Shown: in pieces, positions 28,019 to 43,652 of the stretch
Layout of the letters: each line of letters begins with the position of its first letter
How positions within the stretch are numbered: the stretch's first letter is position 1
Origin: Octopus vulgaris
Lineage: Eukaryota
Assembly (NCBI GenBank): GCA_951406725.2
Contig: OX597824.1
Coordinates: 434,001 to 498,000, forward strand
Reading direction: 5' to 3'
Length of the DNA stretch: 64,000 nucleotides
Translations under genes and position numbers: made by a program
Notes under the pieces: generated by a model
What the model saw: only the letters and a program-made list of their open reading frames with translations
Told to the model about the DNA's origin: nothing
Databases searched by the model: none

Positions 28019-29960
28019 GTAATTATTATATAATTCTCTAATATTTGTGAATTCTTCAAAAATGAAAGATTAATTTAAAACCTGTAACAGCAGAAATGTT
28101 GTGGGCTTGACAATGGGGAGGTAAATGTAATAGCTGCTGTTGTGGGAGTGTCATGAAGTTGACAGTGGGAGGATCAAGGAATAGCTGCTGCAGTGGGAGT
28201 GTCATGAAGTTGGCAGTGGGAGGATCAAGGAATAGCTGCTGCAGTGGGAGTGTCATGAAGTTGGCAGTGGGAGGATCAAGGAATAGCTGCTGCAGTGGGA
28301 GTGTCATGAAGTTGACAGTGGGAGGATCAAGGAATAGCTGCTGCTACAGTGGGAGTGTCATGAAGTTGACAGTGGGAGGATCAAGGAATAGCTGCTGCTG
28401 CTGTGGGAGTGTAATGAAGTTGACAGTGGGAGGATCAAGGAATAGCTGCTGCTACAGTGGGAGTGTCATGAAGTTGACAGTGGGAGGATCAAGGAATAGC
28501 TGCTGCAGTGGGAGTGTCATGAAGTTGGCAGTGGGAGGATCAAGGAATAGCTGCTACGGTAGGAGTGTCATGAAGTTGGCAGTGGGAGGATATAGGAATA
28601 GCTGCTGCAGTGGGAGGATCAAGGAATAGCTGCTGCAATGGGAGGATCAAGGAATAGCTGCTGCAGTGGGAGGATCAAAGAATAGCTGCTGCAGTGGGAG
28701 TGTCATGAAGTTGGCAGTGGGAGGATCAAGGAATAGCTGCTGCAATGGGAGGATCAAGGAACAGCTGCTGCAGTGGGTATGAGTCAGGTTGAAATTGGGA
28801 GGATCATCAAATAGCTGTAGTAGTAGGAGTGGTAAGGCTTGAGAGTGGGAGGATAATGAAATTACAACAGCAGTGGGAGTGTCAAAGATTGAGAGCGGGA
28901 GGATCATAGAAGAGCAGCAGCAGCAGTAGGAGTGATGGAGGTGGTGGGGAAGGAGAAGATTACAAAACAACATGAACTGCATAATTAATTAGATTCATTA
29001 GTTTGCAACTATTTCAACAAAAACAAATGAAATAATACTATGCGATGCATACGACTCCATATTACCTGAGCATCATCATCATCATCATCATCATCATGAA
29101 GCTGGATCCTTATATTATACATTTATGTATGTATATATGTTGGACAAACGAGCCTTCTTTTACGTAGAAGAGTAGCGGTCCATAAAGAACAGATAAATCT
29201 CCCAGAATACCGTCAAATTCCACTAAGTAGCCACATAGACTCGTGCGCTAGAGGCAAAAATCCTAAATTTCACATATTCCCTTTCTATCAATGTAAAGAC
29301 GGAATCACTACACAAGAAAGAATCAACAAGGAGAATCTTTTTATTGAAAAATTCCAAATGCATCTTAATATGCAAACTGCACGATGACCATACTCCTTTT
29401 TCCAACATCCTATCTGACAAAAAATTGATATAAGCATCCTGTTTGACAAAAAGTTCATCATCCCAATTGAAGAGCATAAAATCCACAGAGTTGTCCCCCC
29501 TTACTCACAGGAACTGGATAACTCCTACTCCATTTCCTGTTTTGACACTCTTTTACCAAACACTTTAAACTAAGCACCACGTTTAATCACATGGATCTTA
29601 ATCCTTCAAAGAAATTTTTCCAAGGACTATTATTGAACTCTAAAAGCATAAAGACTCTACAATGTATTGGTATACTTATTTATTAATTTTTGTATATATG
29701 TATTATTATTTTTTTGAAAAAAACATTGTAAATTTATTTTTTCCCCTTCCTCAATTTAAAAAAAATTATTTTCCCCTTTAAAAAATCTTGAAAATTTGCC
29801 TTGCGATGAAAACCGATCTGATTTATTATTTTTTCTTTTTTAATTTTCCATACACCCATTTTTATTAAAATTTACTTTCAATTTAGCATCCTGCCTTATT
29901 ATAATTTTTCCTCTCCTATCATTTCTCCATGTGCAGTCAACACAACCCCACCATTTATTG

Positions 29961-30004
<44 letters not shown>

Positions 30005-30111
30005 GGATATATATATGTGTATATATATCTCTATATATATATATGAATATATATATAGATATATATATATGTGTGCATATGTGTATATATATGGATATAT
30101 ATGTATGTATG

Positions 30112-30151
<40 letters not shown>

Positions 30152-32271
30152 CACACACATGCGTGTGCACACATACATACATGTATATATATACACAGAG
30201 ACAGATATATGCATATACACACCACATACATAATGCTACTCCTTGATCCCATCACTCATCTTTACTCTTTACTCTTTACTCTTTACTCTTTACTCTTTAC
30301 TCTTTACTCTTACAACGCCAATGAAAAGTGTAAGCAGTTCTTCTTCCTTCAAACTTCCTCTCTCACTGACATCGATTTCACTCAGTTTAGCAATTTCAGT
30401 TTCATCTCTTTGAAACTCACTGACTAAAGATGTTCTGAAGAGGAGAGCAATCTATTGCAAGTTGTTACATTCTGTTCAGCAAATCTTAATGTATTCGTCT
30501 GTTTCTTTTTTCCTAGATGTATATATTCGAAATTAAACCCATGCTCTTTCTTATTCTGTGCAACAACCAAGCCAATATGAGCTTTCTTATTCTGTTGTGA
30601 TTCTCAAAGTCATTTGGAATAAGGAAATAAAGCTTTGCTGGTTACTTTCTTTCCTTTCTTAGTGCTCTGTTGCCAAGTTCCAGGGGCAAAGGCTGGCCAA
30701 GACATCTGAAGGCTGCACTCTCTGTACTAAATACAGAGAGAAGGAGAGTTGCCCCTTAAACTTCTTTCAGGTGCAATCACAGTGCAGCTTTTGTGTTGCA
30801 ATGTTACAGAGGGTGACGTCATGCACCTTGTTGCAGGTAGCATTGCTTCACCTATCTCTTTTCAGCACCCACCACCAGCTTGCTCATGCAGAAAGCAAGG
30901 TGAGTGCTCAAGCCTTTCTTGTTGGTGCATAACCTCTCTGTTACCAAGATCCCAATCAAACCACCATGCCGTAACCAATGGCAACTATGTCCCTGTGAGC
31001 CTTGGCTAATTGCTTGGAGATCAAACACCACGCTGTGATTGCACTCACTCGCACACGTCATGCATATATGTAGACACACAGACACGCATACATACACATA
31101 TAGATATTCACATACAAACACACACGCAAGGATTACTTCCCAAATGCCACGCTTCCTTCTTTCCACCCAGCTAATCTCCGCATGCATGACAACATGACAA
31201 CATGACAAATTGTAATCTCTTGAACCAGATTTATTTCACTTCCACAAATGTTGTTCTCTCTAATTAGTTTACGCTTGTGTCGTGGACCTGCTTGAACAGA
31301 TCTTACCAAGCTTATTCAATACTATTATCATGAACCAATGGGAGACCCTCGGCATGTTCCCTCAGCCTGCTAGAAATAACAGCCAATTCTCCTTTAAATT
31401 ACACTACCAACTTAATGAAGGCCATGCTGGATAATGTGGCCGTAGACGACTATATTATGTCTATCAAAACAGGATGGTCATGGCTGGAAAACCTTTGGTC
31501 ATATGTCTGATAGGCCAAGTCTGATTTGAAGTGGACAACAACAAAACCAACAACATGAGTGGATGCACAGTGAAGTTTCAATTAGGAAATTATAATAATA
31601 ATTTAATTCTTAAACTTTTATGTTGATTCTATAAATAAATTAAGAAAATAAGAAACTTATTGTGTCTTGGGCTGGTCATTACACCAATAATAATAAACAC
31701 CTGAACTGGTTTAATATCCCTTCTGTATTGAACCAGTGCAGGTGTTTATTATTATTGGTGCAATGACCCTCCCAAGACACAACATGATTTGTTTCAACAC
31801 ATAAATTCACATCAAGAACCTTGCAAACCCACAATGTGATCAGAAAATAAGAAAACACTTTGGAAATTTCATAGGACACAAATTTTAAGTAATTAATTAG
31901 TTATATACACCTGCCTTTAATTAGCTGTCCAGGTATGGCTGCTTTTGGATAATTGGTTAGATGCACCTGTCTTTAAAGAGCTGAGGTGTAGCTGTGTGGT
32001 TAAGAAGTTTGCTTCCTGACCATGTGATCTCAGGTTCAGTCCCACTGCATGGCACTTTGGGCAAACATCTTCTACTATTACCCTGGGCCAACCAAGGCCT
32101 TGCAAGCAGACTTAATGGATGGAAAACATCCTACGAGCAGTGATGTTCCTTTCCAGTCTTCAGGACAAACAGGTGAGAGTTGGGGACTGGAAGGGCGTCC
32201 AGCCATAGAAAATCTCTCTCAACAAATTCCATCTGACCCAATGCAAGCATAGGAAAGTGGACATTAAACGG

Positions 32272-32305
<34 letters not shown>

Positions 32306-35269
32306 GGTGGTATACTTATCTTTGCATAGTTGGTTAAATATGCTTGTCTTAATCTATTTATTGATTTTTGTTTTATCCTTTCCCTGCCCAAATCAATTCT
32401 ATCTGGATCAATGAAAAAGACATTTCTATACCAGTTATTGTGGTTGTTGATTTAAACACACACACACACACACTTAAAATACTCTTTTTTTAGCTTTAAT
32501 GATTTCATCTTTTATCGTTTATTTGTTTCAAAGATTGGACTGCGACCATGCTGGAGTATCACTTTGAATATGAATAATATGTGTGTGCGTGTGCATTAGA
32601 CCAGAATGAGGGTAAAATAGCGAATACTGGAGAAATATTTTCTTTGACAAGAGAAAAGATAGAAGAGAGAGATAGGATATGTCCAGTCCTTAGGAAAGTC
32701 CTGAAAGAAAAGAAAGTAGAGGGCTTAGAAGAATTCAGTCTGTTGCATTGTGTGTGGGAATAGAATCCTAATTAACTGGTTCTCCTGTATTCTCTTTTAC
32801 CTAAAGCCAAGACCTTTTCAGTACTCCCTCATATATATGTGTGTGTGTGCGTGTGTGAATGTGTATGTATATATATACTTATGCACACAGACGTGTGTGT
32901 GTACATGTATGTTTGTGCATCTGTGTTTATGTTTGTCTCCCACCAAACCTAAGAAGCCAATACCAACTACTGTTGGTTTGTTTACATCCCCATAACTTAA
33001 AAGCTTGGCAAAAGACACCAACAAAATAAGAATGATACTTTAAAAGAAAATAAGCCCTGAGGTTGATTTGTCTGACTAAAACCCTTTATAGCAGTGCTCC
33101 AGCATGGCTGGAGTCAATCACTGAAACAATTAAAAGATAAAATCTTTTCAATTGAAATTCCTCAATGCGGTTCTCTTGTTCTCCTAAAAGAAACATGTCG
33201 TTACTATTACAGAAAACCATTTTGGAAAAATGAGATTTTTTACCCAAAGAATGATTCCATTTAATTTACTATTTCTTGATCTGATTTCTGTATAATTCTT
33301 GAACCATGGCTGTTTTTCTTTGCACCAACAGATTCCATTTCCGACGTCAACCATACATTCTAATATGAGTGTCTACCAGAAGATAATTGAAATCCAGAAA
33401 TACATAGAAGCTCTTGAGTATCCTTTGTAGAAATTCAAAGAAAAATGGTATTCTCCATTTATCTATTTTTTTTTTTTTTGTGGTTTTGTCAGTAAAGAAT
33501 GAAGGGCAATGTTGATGACTCTTTTACAAGATCCCAAAGACAAGTAGAGGGAAAGAAAGAAGAATTTGATATCCTTATATCGGAGACATGATCCAAATGT
33601 TTGAAACAAAATAGATTCTGCCACTCTGCTAAAAAAAATACCCAAGAATCAATCAGTGGTTTTAACCATTTTAATGCCAACCATCCTGAAACAAACACTT
33701 GAAGTGATCTTAATTAAAACCTTCCACAAAAATTTCATGTTAAATTTGTTCTAAATACCAGCTTAAAATCAGCAAAGGTATTTTAATAAATCCTTCATTA
33801 TATTTAAAATTAGCTGAAGCAGGGGTAGTGCATTCCAGCAGAAATATGGTAACAAAAGGATTAAAGTGATTTCAATTAAAACCTTCCTAAAGCTTGGGGT
33901 TAAAAATTTAAAACAAAAAATATTTACAGCAATCAAATAAATCACCTCATAATTTTTACTTGTTTAATTTTTTTTTATCCAAAGTTATTGAGCCCATGTT
34001 TAACTTATTGGGGCCTTTTAGATTTAAAATGCCATTAAATTTAATCAAGTCCCTCAGAATCTACTGAAACCCTTTTTAATTTCAGAGTCTCTTCAAATTG
34101 TTTCGAGCCCCTACAATTAACGGGACCCTCTAAATTATCTTCTTATACTTTGAATTAGCTCTTTTTTCAAATAGTGCCTTTTTCAAAAATACTTTGAGCC
34201 TGTTTTCTTAGAATATAATTAGAGGGCAATCAACAGCTATGCATTATCTCAACAAAGTAACATCAACTGTTTAGATGAAACATCTTTTCCAAAGTTGAAG
34301 AGAATAGAAGACCACTTGTGACCAACTCTCATTCAACAAAGTTGGGCTGCTCCTAGTATCATGTGCATTGAAGCAGATAAACTCCATGAAAAAAGTTTTG
34401 ATGACTTAATCAAAGCCTTTATTGTTTATAAATAAATTTAAAAAATACAGTTTAATTTATTCTGTTCTTGGCTACAAATCTTATTATTATTTATTTTTCA
34501 GTAAAAACTGTGATCCCTAATTTTAGTTTTCTCAAACTATTCATATCTTTAAAAAACCTGCTCTTAATAATTGAATTTATTTATATTCTGTCAGTTTTTT
34601 ATGTGCAATATTTTATGTTGGTTTTTCATTTGTTCCTTAAATCCTGATCCTTTAGATCAAACTGCATTTAGTTTTGCTGTTCAACTCTGTTCATACCGAC
34701 CTGTAATGACCCTTTGCCATGTTGCAATTTAATGCTGTGATGCAGTCTTTTGGTTGTTTGGTTGCAGCAGCCAACTGCATTTATTAGTTTTGACATAATG
34801 AGATTATGATTGGCTTCAGAAATCTAAACAATTAAAAATAATGTATGCAAAACCGTAGGGGCACCCCAACCAAAACCCCCCCAAAAAAGGAAGCCTATTG
34901 GCCCCAGGATTCCAGCAGATCTAAATCTGCCACGTTTCAATATCCCTATTATTTTGCTTAACTGACTTCAGATACAATTATACGGGGACACAGTTTTTCC
35001 ATATCCAGAAGTCTAAACCTCTTTGCTTGTGAGTTGGAACCATTTTGCTTCTGATTAATTCTTCTAATTACAATCAGGATATTGAGTCAGTCTTTTGTCT
35101 TTAATCTTTTATTCTTTCACTTGTTTCCGTCTATGACCATGCTGGGGCACTGCCTTGAAGGGTTTTAATCAAACCAATTAATACCAGTACTTACATTTTT
35201 TTATAAGCATGATACTGATTCTGTCAGTCTCTTTTGTCAAACCACTAAGTTACAGGGACATAAACAAAC

Positions 35270-35352
<83 letters not shown>

Positions 35353-35781
35353 TGTGACCAACCAGTCCATCAGATGTAGTTACACATCACTGGTCACAAT
35401 GCGTTCGCATTGTTTTAGCCTTCGAATGACGCCACCCCGCTGGCTAAGCGAGCAGGCCAACAGAAGAAAGAGTGAAAGAAAGAGTGGTGAAAGAGTACAA
35501 TCGGGATCACCACCCCCTGCCGGAGCGTCATGGAGCTTTTAAGTGTTTTCGCTCAATAAACACACATAACGCCCGGTCTGGGGATCGAAACCGCGATCCT
35601 ACGACCGCGAGTCCGCTGCCCTAACCACTGGGCCATTGCAACGAGGTAAATACATATTTACCTGATATACGGAACAGCTGTAAACTTACTCTAACATACT
35701 CTCATCTTAATTAATTAATTAATTAATGGCTTTATAACACCAAAGATCCACTTCTCATTGTTATTTATTTCTCCATTTTCT

Positions 35782-35832
<51 letters not shown>

Positions 35833-35857
35833 GTTTAAATATTTGTTGTGCAAATGT

Positions 35858-35953
<96 letters not shown>

Positions 35954-35964
35954 TACATACACAT

Positions 35965-35999
<35 letters not shown>

Positions 36000-36016
36000 C
36001 ATATATATACATATAC

Positions 36017-36052
<36 letters not shown>

Positions 36053-36057
36053 ATGTA

Positions 36058-36119
<62 letters not shown>

Positions 36120-37806
36120 ATGTGGGCAGCTAGTCATCACTAATTGTGACCATATGTGCTACAAACACATATATTGCTAGAAATAGCAGTTAAACCACTC
36201 ATAGCTGCATGAAAACACATTTATATATACCAAGAGGGTAGATAACTGCCCCAGGATTGAAGCAAAACTGGAACACTGGACTGCACACTTTGCATCATGT
36301 GCTCCAGCTGAGGCAGTGCCCATGCTGTTCCATGAGCACCTATTTGAATCTAGCATGATGTTCCCTAATGCCAAATGTAGTGGACCAAAGACGTCACATT
36401 GTGTCTTTCTAGGATCCTGAAAGAAAATTTGGGCTTATTTAAGCACAGCTCAAAGGGAACCTCCATTACTCCAATATATTTCTTTGTATCATTAGTGCTG
36501 CTGGTGTTGTTGCTGCTGCTGCTATCATTGCCATTCCTGCTGTTACACCAACTCTGTCTCTTAGACCATGGCATCGGAGTTCCATTGACCTCCTTCTGAG
36601 AATTCACTGTTAACCCTACTTGAGCATCCTGCCTCAGTTGAGAGTTTAGGGGATTCACAAAAATCTTTTTAACACTGGGCACACTGCTGAATGAGACCCT
36701 TACCATGTGTCTATTAAATAATCCCCTGTACTTGAGAAGGGTGGGATAAACCAAGTGACCTTCTGGTAGCACTTTCTTTTGTGGGTGTTAGAGCTTGGCA
36801 TAAAGGTGTCCTTAAACCCATTGGCTGCCAAAGCCCCATTGTAATAGGGGACCACACCATTAAAAATCTCTTTATTCAAAGACGGGTTCAAAATACTCTT
36901 ACTGACAACCTTCGCCAGGTTCTTCAACTCAAAAGGTTGTTGGTAGATGGCTGTGTCAATGTACAATGGCAATTCATTTGGTTTGCAGTAGGGCCTGTAT
37001 GAACTGGTACCCAAATGGAGTGTAACATCTAAAACGGTAACTATGTTAAGATTGGTCTCAATTGTAGTTTGAAGACCAAGGGGTCTAAGTGTGTGAATTA
37101 GGTCCTTCCTAAGCCTATCTAGGGTGTGCCCATTTGTGCCTCTAGAAATGGCTAAAGCGCTATCTCTGCATAGGCCAAAATGGACTGATGGGATGTTAAA
37201 AGTGTCCAGTATATACAATCTTGTGTGATTGCAGATGTCCATTCTGTTGAATGCTCCCATTGCCTCCTCGAAGGAGCCTATTGGGTCAGTTATTATGACC
37301 CAGGCTAAACCTTTGTTGAACAGCAGGGTTTTCTTAGCATGTATAATTACATCTGAATCTCTATCACTAATGTCAATAAATTCCCTAGGGAACATAAGAG
37401 TTGAGAGTTTTGTATTTATTGGAGTATCGTGTTTAGTGGAGTAATTTGGAGAACATCGTGTGAAGACGTATAGAATGTATATATCCAACAAATAGAAGCA
37501 TATAAAAAGTATGAATGTCTTCATTGCTTCATTTATATCCTTGTATACGTTGGATTTACAGATTCCACAAAGCGAGGATAGACGCAACTGTCTTCACACG
37601 ATGTTCTTCAAATTATTCTACCAAAACATGAAGCTCCAATAAATACAACTCTCAACGATCTCAATGACTTCCTACAACTTCCACGAGTTCTCTACGATTC
37701 CCACCTCTTCTCTCTCATCTCTGACTCTCGCCACAACACTGGGTTAATCAGGTGGCACTTGGGGTTGGAGGTGAAGTTTTGTTTGGGGTCTTTGATGGTG
37801 ATAAAA

Positions 37807-37880
<74 letters not shown>

Positions 37881-40800
37881 ATAAAGAGAGAGAGAGATTA
37901 CATATGTGTGTGTGTGTGTGTGTGCGTGAGTGTGCAGGTGTTCACACACATGTATGTATGTATATATTTATATGTATGTATGTGTATATATGTTCCAATC
38001 TTTCAGCTTAATGGAAACAGCCAAAGAAATCATGAAGGAATGCCTTCCAATCAAATGCCTCGAAGCTGTCATTCTTGCTGTGTATCCTTTTGCTCAAACA
38101 TTTAAACATTTGTTTTCTGAAAATTCTCCAAAGGAAATCCAAATAATTTCTAAGTACTTTTCCACAACTTTGCTGTTGTAGAAGGGGTTTTTTTGTCATC
38201 ATTTTGGAGGAGTATACCTCATTTTTATGACCATATTTATTGGGGAGGAGTCTTTTTAATTATCATTTTTAGAGAGTTTGCCATTTTCATTACCATTTTA
38301 GACCACTCCTCTTCAGCACATTTTTTTTATCATGTTCTTTTATGGTTTTACCTTTTTTCTTTAGTTATCATGAGTGGTGTGAAGGTGCGTGGCTTAGTGG
38401 TTTGGGCGTTCAGCTCAGAATCATAAGGTCATGAGTTCAATTCCCGGAGACACATTGTGTCCTTGAGCAAGACACTTTATTTCACATCCACTCCAGTCCA
38501 CTCAGCTGGCAAAAATGAGTTGTACCTGTATTTTAACCTGTAGTTCTCATGGAGATTCAGCCTGACATGGAGTGGGACAGGGCTGGCAATAAAATTACAA
38601 AACGAAAACAGGCAAAACAATATAAGGGCTTACTGTACAGGATCATTGGCATAACCTGCTAGAAATAACAGCTAAATTTCCCTTAAATTCAAATGTCTGC
38701 ACTGGATGGTTTGAATTGACAACCTTCATGCCCTAATTTTTTTTATGTCCCTTCATCCTGGATAGGAAAACCTTTGTATTTAAGGTAAGGTGACTCTTCT
38801 AGATGGCTAGGTGAGCCGTAGCAATGAGGAATTAAGTATTCTAGTAGCAATGGAGCATTTATATCTGTAGTATCCAACCAGGGATCTTCAGACCCCTTGC
38901 AATCTCCTATGGGGGTCTATGATCTGAGTCAAAAATTTCTTGAGTGAACAGACCTTTCGAAATATAGGGTCTCTGAGAAAAGCCATTTCCATAAAAAGAG
39001 ATCCTTTGCAGTGAAATGATTGGGAACCATGCAACCACTTGATTTTCTATAAATAGCAGCTAAATTTCCCTCACATCACTTCCTCTTGTTTCAAAACAAG
39101 AAGGAGGACACAGTGGATGAAGTAGTTGTAGATGTAGAAAGAGTTGAGATGGTCATGAATGGAATGCCTTTGATCATAGATCAACTCAATCAAGGTTGAC
39201 TAAACTCAGGCAAAATTACAACGGCAAGAAATGCTCTGCCCAGAAACACCCTGTGATGCTTGTCTTGGACTTGAACTCACAACCCATGAACAGGTTGTCC
39301 AATCACTTTATCCACTCAGTTATTATGACCTCTGCTCATTAATGACATATACAAGAAAATTAATTCGAGCACAACCTGGAATCAAAACAGAAGCTTGTGG
39401 GTTCAACTCACAACCTTTTGATCATCAACCCAACGACAGAAACACTCAGCCACATGCCTGCACTTCTAGACAATGTTTCCATGACTCTCTTATCCTATGT
39501 ATCCTTCCATTTCTCATAATAGTAAGATATGATTATTGAGAGATTTAGTAGCTATTTCTAGCAGACAAAGCAACCACATAGTGGTTTCCTCCATTACCCA
39601 TACTTAAATATCAATACTTTTAAAATAACCAATCAATAAAATTGAAGAATTTCCTGAACGAGACCAAAGTTATATGACAAATGGGATTCCAACTCTTGAA
39701 AGGTTTTCAATTGGGTTCAAGACAGTCTTCAAAACTGTGGAATATCGACATGTTGTCTTGGGTATCTACTACAAAGGGTCTTACGGTGCTCTTGGCATGA
39801 GCCGGAGGGAAAAACTCATGTACAAGCCACTAGTTTATTCGGTAAGAGGATTTTCTTTTTTTATCTTTTGACCATTTTCTTTGATGATTTATAGCAGTGA
39901 TCCCCAGCCTTTTCACTACCGAGGACCCCTTTTCTTTAAATGAGTTTTCCCATGGACCCCAGGATATTGAAAGGTCTGTCAGCTTATCATGTTCACAGAC
40001 CCCCCAGTACAACCTTTGCAGATCACTAGGGGTCTATGGACCTCAGGTTGGGAACCCCCGATTTATAGCTTCATCTGCTGATCTGTCCCTGGCACAAATT
40101 TTCCACACAGCATCATCATTGGTATCTCTTCGTGAGTGAATTTCGTTCCTTTGAATTTAGTTTTTATAAACTATAGGTTGTCTGCAAAAGCCTTTTTTTT
40201 CCGCTCTCTCAAAAAAAAAACGAAAATTGGTAAATCAGACAAGAGCGACTGAACGGAACCATCCATGAATCCACTTGTAGGTGCATAACTGTGTGTTACT
40301 GATGCATACCACCATGCATTTGCAATGTGTATGTGCATAGCTGTGCATTGCTGATGCAGGCCACTATGCACAAATATGTTGACACTAAAATGAGAGGAGA
40401 CTCTGGCAGATATGTGAGGCAACCCTTATCACCCTACACTAGAGATGCAAAAAAAGGGAAAAACTTATTGATAATAGATTGGTAAACGTGCGTTGATATG
40501 TGCTGCAGGCTGGTTCGCATCCACTGCTGTGTTGGTTTGCATTCGTTGCTGTGTCAATAAACATCCATCTGTGTTTCGTGTTTATGTGTGTGTTTATATG
40601 CAAGTGTGTAGTATTGTATGTTGGTGGAGGAATTCCTTATTCTTTATTCACTTGAATTACTAGAAAGAATGGTGAAGAGATTTGTAAAATTATAATTTGA
40701 TTCCCACTGATGAGGTCATGGATGGCAACGAAAGGATTCTGACAAGCGTGGCTGATTGATTTATTGTCCAAAGGATTAAACAAATAATCGATTGGTTAAA

Positions 40801-43604
40801 CAACTGACTAAATCTCTAGCAGACAGGTCTAACCAATATGGAGGAAGAGCAATTCCCAGAAAGCAGCCAGTCTGTTGGTTCCTGTCAGCGCCAGATGCGA
40901 GCTGTCTACTCTCTTGTTTGCAATATAACAGACACAGATATTCTCTCCTACTCTAGGCACAAGGCCCAAAATTTTAGTGGAGGGGGGGTCTAGTCGATTA
41001 GATTAATCCCAGTATGCAACTGGTACTTAATTTATCAACCCCAGAAAGAGTGAAAGACAAAGTCGACCTTGGCGGAATTTGAACTCAGAACGTAAAGACA
41101 GACAATGTTTCTTCCAGCTTGCCACCTTATAACAGACACAGATCATCATCATCGTTTAACGTCTGCTTTCCTTGCTAGTATGGGTTGGACGATTTTGACT
41201 GAGGGCTGGCGAACCAGATGGCTGCACCAGGCTCCAATCTTGATCTAGTAGGGTTTCTACAGCTGGATGCCCTTCCTAACGCCATCCACTTTGAAAGTGT
41301 AGTGGGTGCTTTTTACATGCCACCAGCACAGGGGCCAGTCAGGCGGTACTGGCAACGACCTCACTCAAATCTTTTTACACATGCCACTGGCACAGGTGCC
41401 AGTAAGGCGATGCTGGTAATGATCACGCTTGAATGGTACCTTTTACGTGCCACCTACACGGTTAGCCGCTCTGGCAACAATCACGCTCAGACACAGATAT
41501 TGCATCATAAACTTGCTGGAGGATGTGTTCTCCTGGGGTTAAATCTTTTTCATTGCATGACTTCTCGTCAGGAACCTTACAAACCAAATAAAAAAATTTG
41601 AAACTTCAGAATCTTTTATAAGTTTTAGATTTTGAGTTGAAACATTGCATTTCAATAAAAACAACCACCTTTATTACTTTCAGAGTTTACATGAATTGAT
41701 ATTGAATTACCAGATGTCTTACAAAGACTGTAAGTTATTTGTTTTCCCCATTTAGTCTGGTTGTAAGGTGTTGTGTTGCTCTGGCAGTGAGACAGCATGG
41801 ATTGATACTCGTTGCTTACAATAGGTGGTGCATGGTACTTCAAGATATGTATGTGTGTGTGTGTGGGCATTTGTATGCTGTATGTATGCACAAATATGTA
41901 CATATATACGTTTGCATATATGAATGTATATATACATATGCATGTGTATATGCATGTATGTTATGAATATATGTTATGTATGTATATATGTGTATACGTC
42001 ACAAGTGCACCATAACTTACTACCTAGCTAAAATCATCATCATCATCATCATTTTAATATCCACTTTCCCATACATGCATAGTTCAGATGGAATGCATTG
42101 AGGCAAATTTTCTACAACTGGATGCCCTTCCTGTTGTCAACCCTCATCTGTTTCCAGAAAGATAATGTTTCTCTCCCTGACCAGACGTGTTTTCATTGAA
42201 GATCCTAAGCAAAAGACACCACTTGTATGTTGTATGATTTGCAACTATCGCACGAAGTCCAGTGGAGATTCTGGTGCCACTGGAATCCTGGTAGACTGTA
42301 GCTGACAAACAAATAAAAAATTTCCATTCAGATCTAATTAAACACGACACCATAACAAATATAAAGAAGATGCTAAGAAACCAGATTCCATTCCCAAACC
42401 AGAAAATGAGAGAATCTTGAAGAGTACAAAGACAGTATGGTGAAAAGCGTACTCAACATCAAACCAATGAGTATGAGTCAACAACTCTATAGACATCACC
42501 ATAACAGTTCTTTCATTCAAACAAGTATAGACCTCTCATCATCTGACCCTTTCAGAATCCTTATAATATGTAAAGAGTTTGTTGGTTGCAGTGGTTCCTC
42601 CTTGTTTCAGAGTATTTCTTTCCATCTTTTCTTTCTACTTCCTCATTTGTGTCAGTGTCTCTGATGGCTGGCAAGGCTGATTTTTGTGTGGAGCAATTGT
42701 CCTTAAACTTTACATCTCGTGGTCAGTGAAGGCCTTGATTGCATTTGGCAGCTCATCATCATAACCATTTAACCTCTTCATTTCCTCAACAAGATTCTTT
42801 AAAATTCCCTATGTCTATTTTGATAATACGATGCCAAATTGTTCTGCATTGTTTATATGTGTGTAAATATGAAGGTTGGTACATATATGTATAACCTTTT
42901 ACAGGGTCGGGTTTCCAGCATCAAAACCAGCATACTTAGCAGGCTCACCTGGTTGTTTGAAATCCAAAGGAAAAAACAAAGAATGGCTGTCAGAAGGCAC
43001 GATGAACCCAGTATAGGGGGCCAATAATCATTGACCCCTAGCAACAGTGCATGAGATATAGAAATGCACTTGATGGTAAACAAGCAAGCTATAAGACCAT
43101 TAAAAAGAATTATGCTCCAAAACCAGTAATAGACTCCTAGAGAAGGCCCCTGTTGGGAGTCCAGAAAGACAAATGCTAGAGGGATGCACCTTGAAAAACA
43201 TAAAGATGTGGCGAGCTTTTAAAGTAGTTTTGAAGAGACCCTATTTTGAGCACCCTCCTGCATTTGGAAGGAGGTACTAGTCTTCTTGAGCCACCGTTGC
43301 CACTGGAATTATATATATATGTGTGTGTATATGCACACACATGCATACATATATGCATATGTATACATACATGTATATCTATATATAATGCGCGTATGTA
43401 TGTATATGTATGACAAGCTTATTTTCAGTATATTATATCCATTTGCATGGCTTAGAAGCTCGGTGGTGGTGGTGGTGGGGGGGGGGGGGGGGGTCTGTAT
43501 GCCTGCAAGAACAAGATTGTGCTGACTGGTGCCAGTCATGTGAAAACTGTACAAGATTCACTGATTGCAAGAAATGAACATGTGAAAGCTCATCCATATG
43601 TTTG

Positions 43605-43652
<48 letters not shown>

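Noticed and set aside
28153-28629. 158-aa Cys/Ser/Gly-rich repeat protein, or a CRISPR-like array
   Set aside because: Pure tandem minisatellite without unique spacers, inside an intron, with no splice support.
29223-29486. 87-aa - strand ORF of unknown function
   Set aside because: Antisense shadow of the + strand Penelope GIY-YIG fragment.
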